37,382 bases of DNA from Pelomyxa schiedti (lineage: Eukaryota; Protista; Evosea). Of the stretch, positions 37,058 through 37,382 are shown in pieces. Location of the stretch: assembly GCA_020536535.1 (NCBI GenBank), contig JAHLWZ010000964.1, forward strand, positions 1 to 37,382. Reading direction: 5' to 3'. The notes beneath the pieces were generated by a model. That model searched no databases. It saw nothing but the letters and a program-made list of their open reading frames with translations, and had not been told where the DNA came from. Position 1 is the first letter of the stretch. Each line of letters starts with the position of its first letter. The translations under genes and the position numbers were made by a program.

Positions 37058-37382
37058 CGCCATGTCTGATGTTTGGTTTTTCTTTCACTTCCCAGTTCTC
37101 TTTACATGTTTCCCCACAGTGTGGGGAGAAACTGATAGAATGCTATGCCTAAGGGTATTGCAAACAGTCCAAGCAACAGAAAATACTTCATCTATTTTCA
37201 TATTAAAGACACTACTGGGCATGAGTTTTGATACCAATAACTTAAGGTGTTGAGTGTGCAGCTCTGGGGGTCTGTGCTCTGCTGTGTTTAAAAGATATCT
37301 CGCAACATCAACATTCCTCTCATTCCTTGCAAGTGACTCGATTGTGTATCTGGGTGGGACTTAAATGTAGGGTCAGGAGGAA

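Overview
Gene-dense eukaryotic window in the standard genetic code. Genes are split by very short (mostly 35-55 nt) GT-AG introns with degenerate donors, so most ORFs in the supplied track are exon fragments or antisense shadows. Intron style and a lineage-type repeat-family motif suggest an amoebozoan such as the archamoeba Pelomyxa (inference only). Manual splicing recovers about 17 genes. These include an aquaporin, a ubiquitin-like protein, a C1orf52-like protein, a frameshifted Rab, a CS-SH3-SH3-kinase, a Ubc12-like E2, EF-1beta, a RasGEF, LysRS, FPGS, GCP3 and an MFS transporter. The window opens with an (ATCCA)n tract that may be a telomere. The most novel feature lies immediately inside it: two head-to-head, full-length paralogous genes (1202-3810 minus, 4031-7100 plus) that share about 9 intron positions. 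Both appear to encode a helical N-domain, a Pro-rich linker, a degenerate STAND/AAA+-like NTPase with helical/winged-helix region, and a restriction-endonuclease-like domain. This is a Crinkler/RHS-like architecture arranged like a paired immune receptor. All gene models were spliced by eye and no database searches were run.
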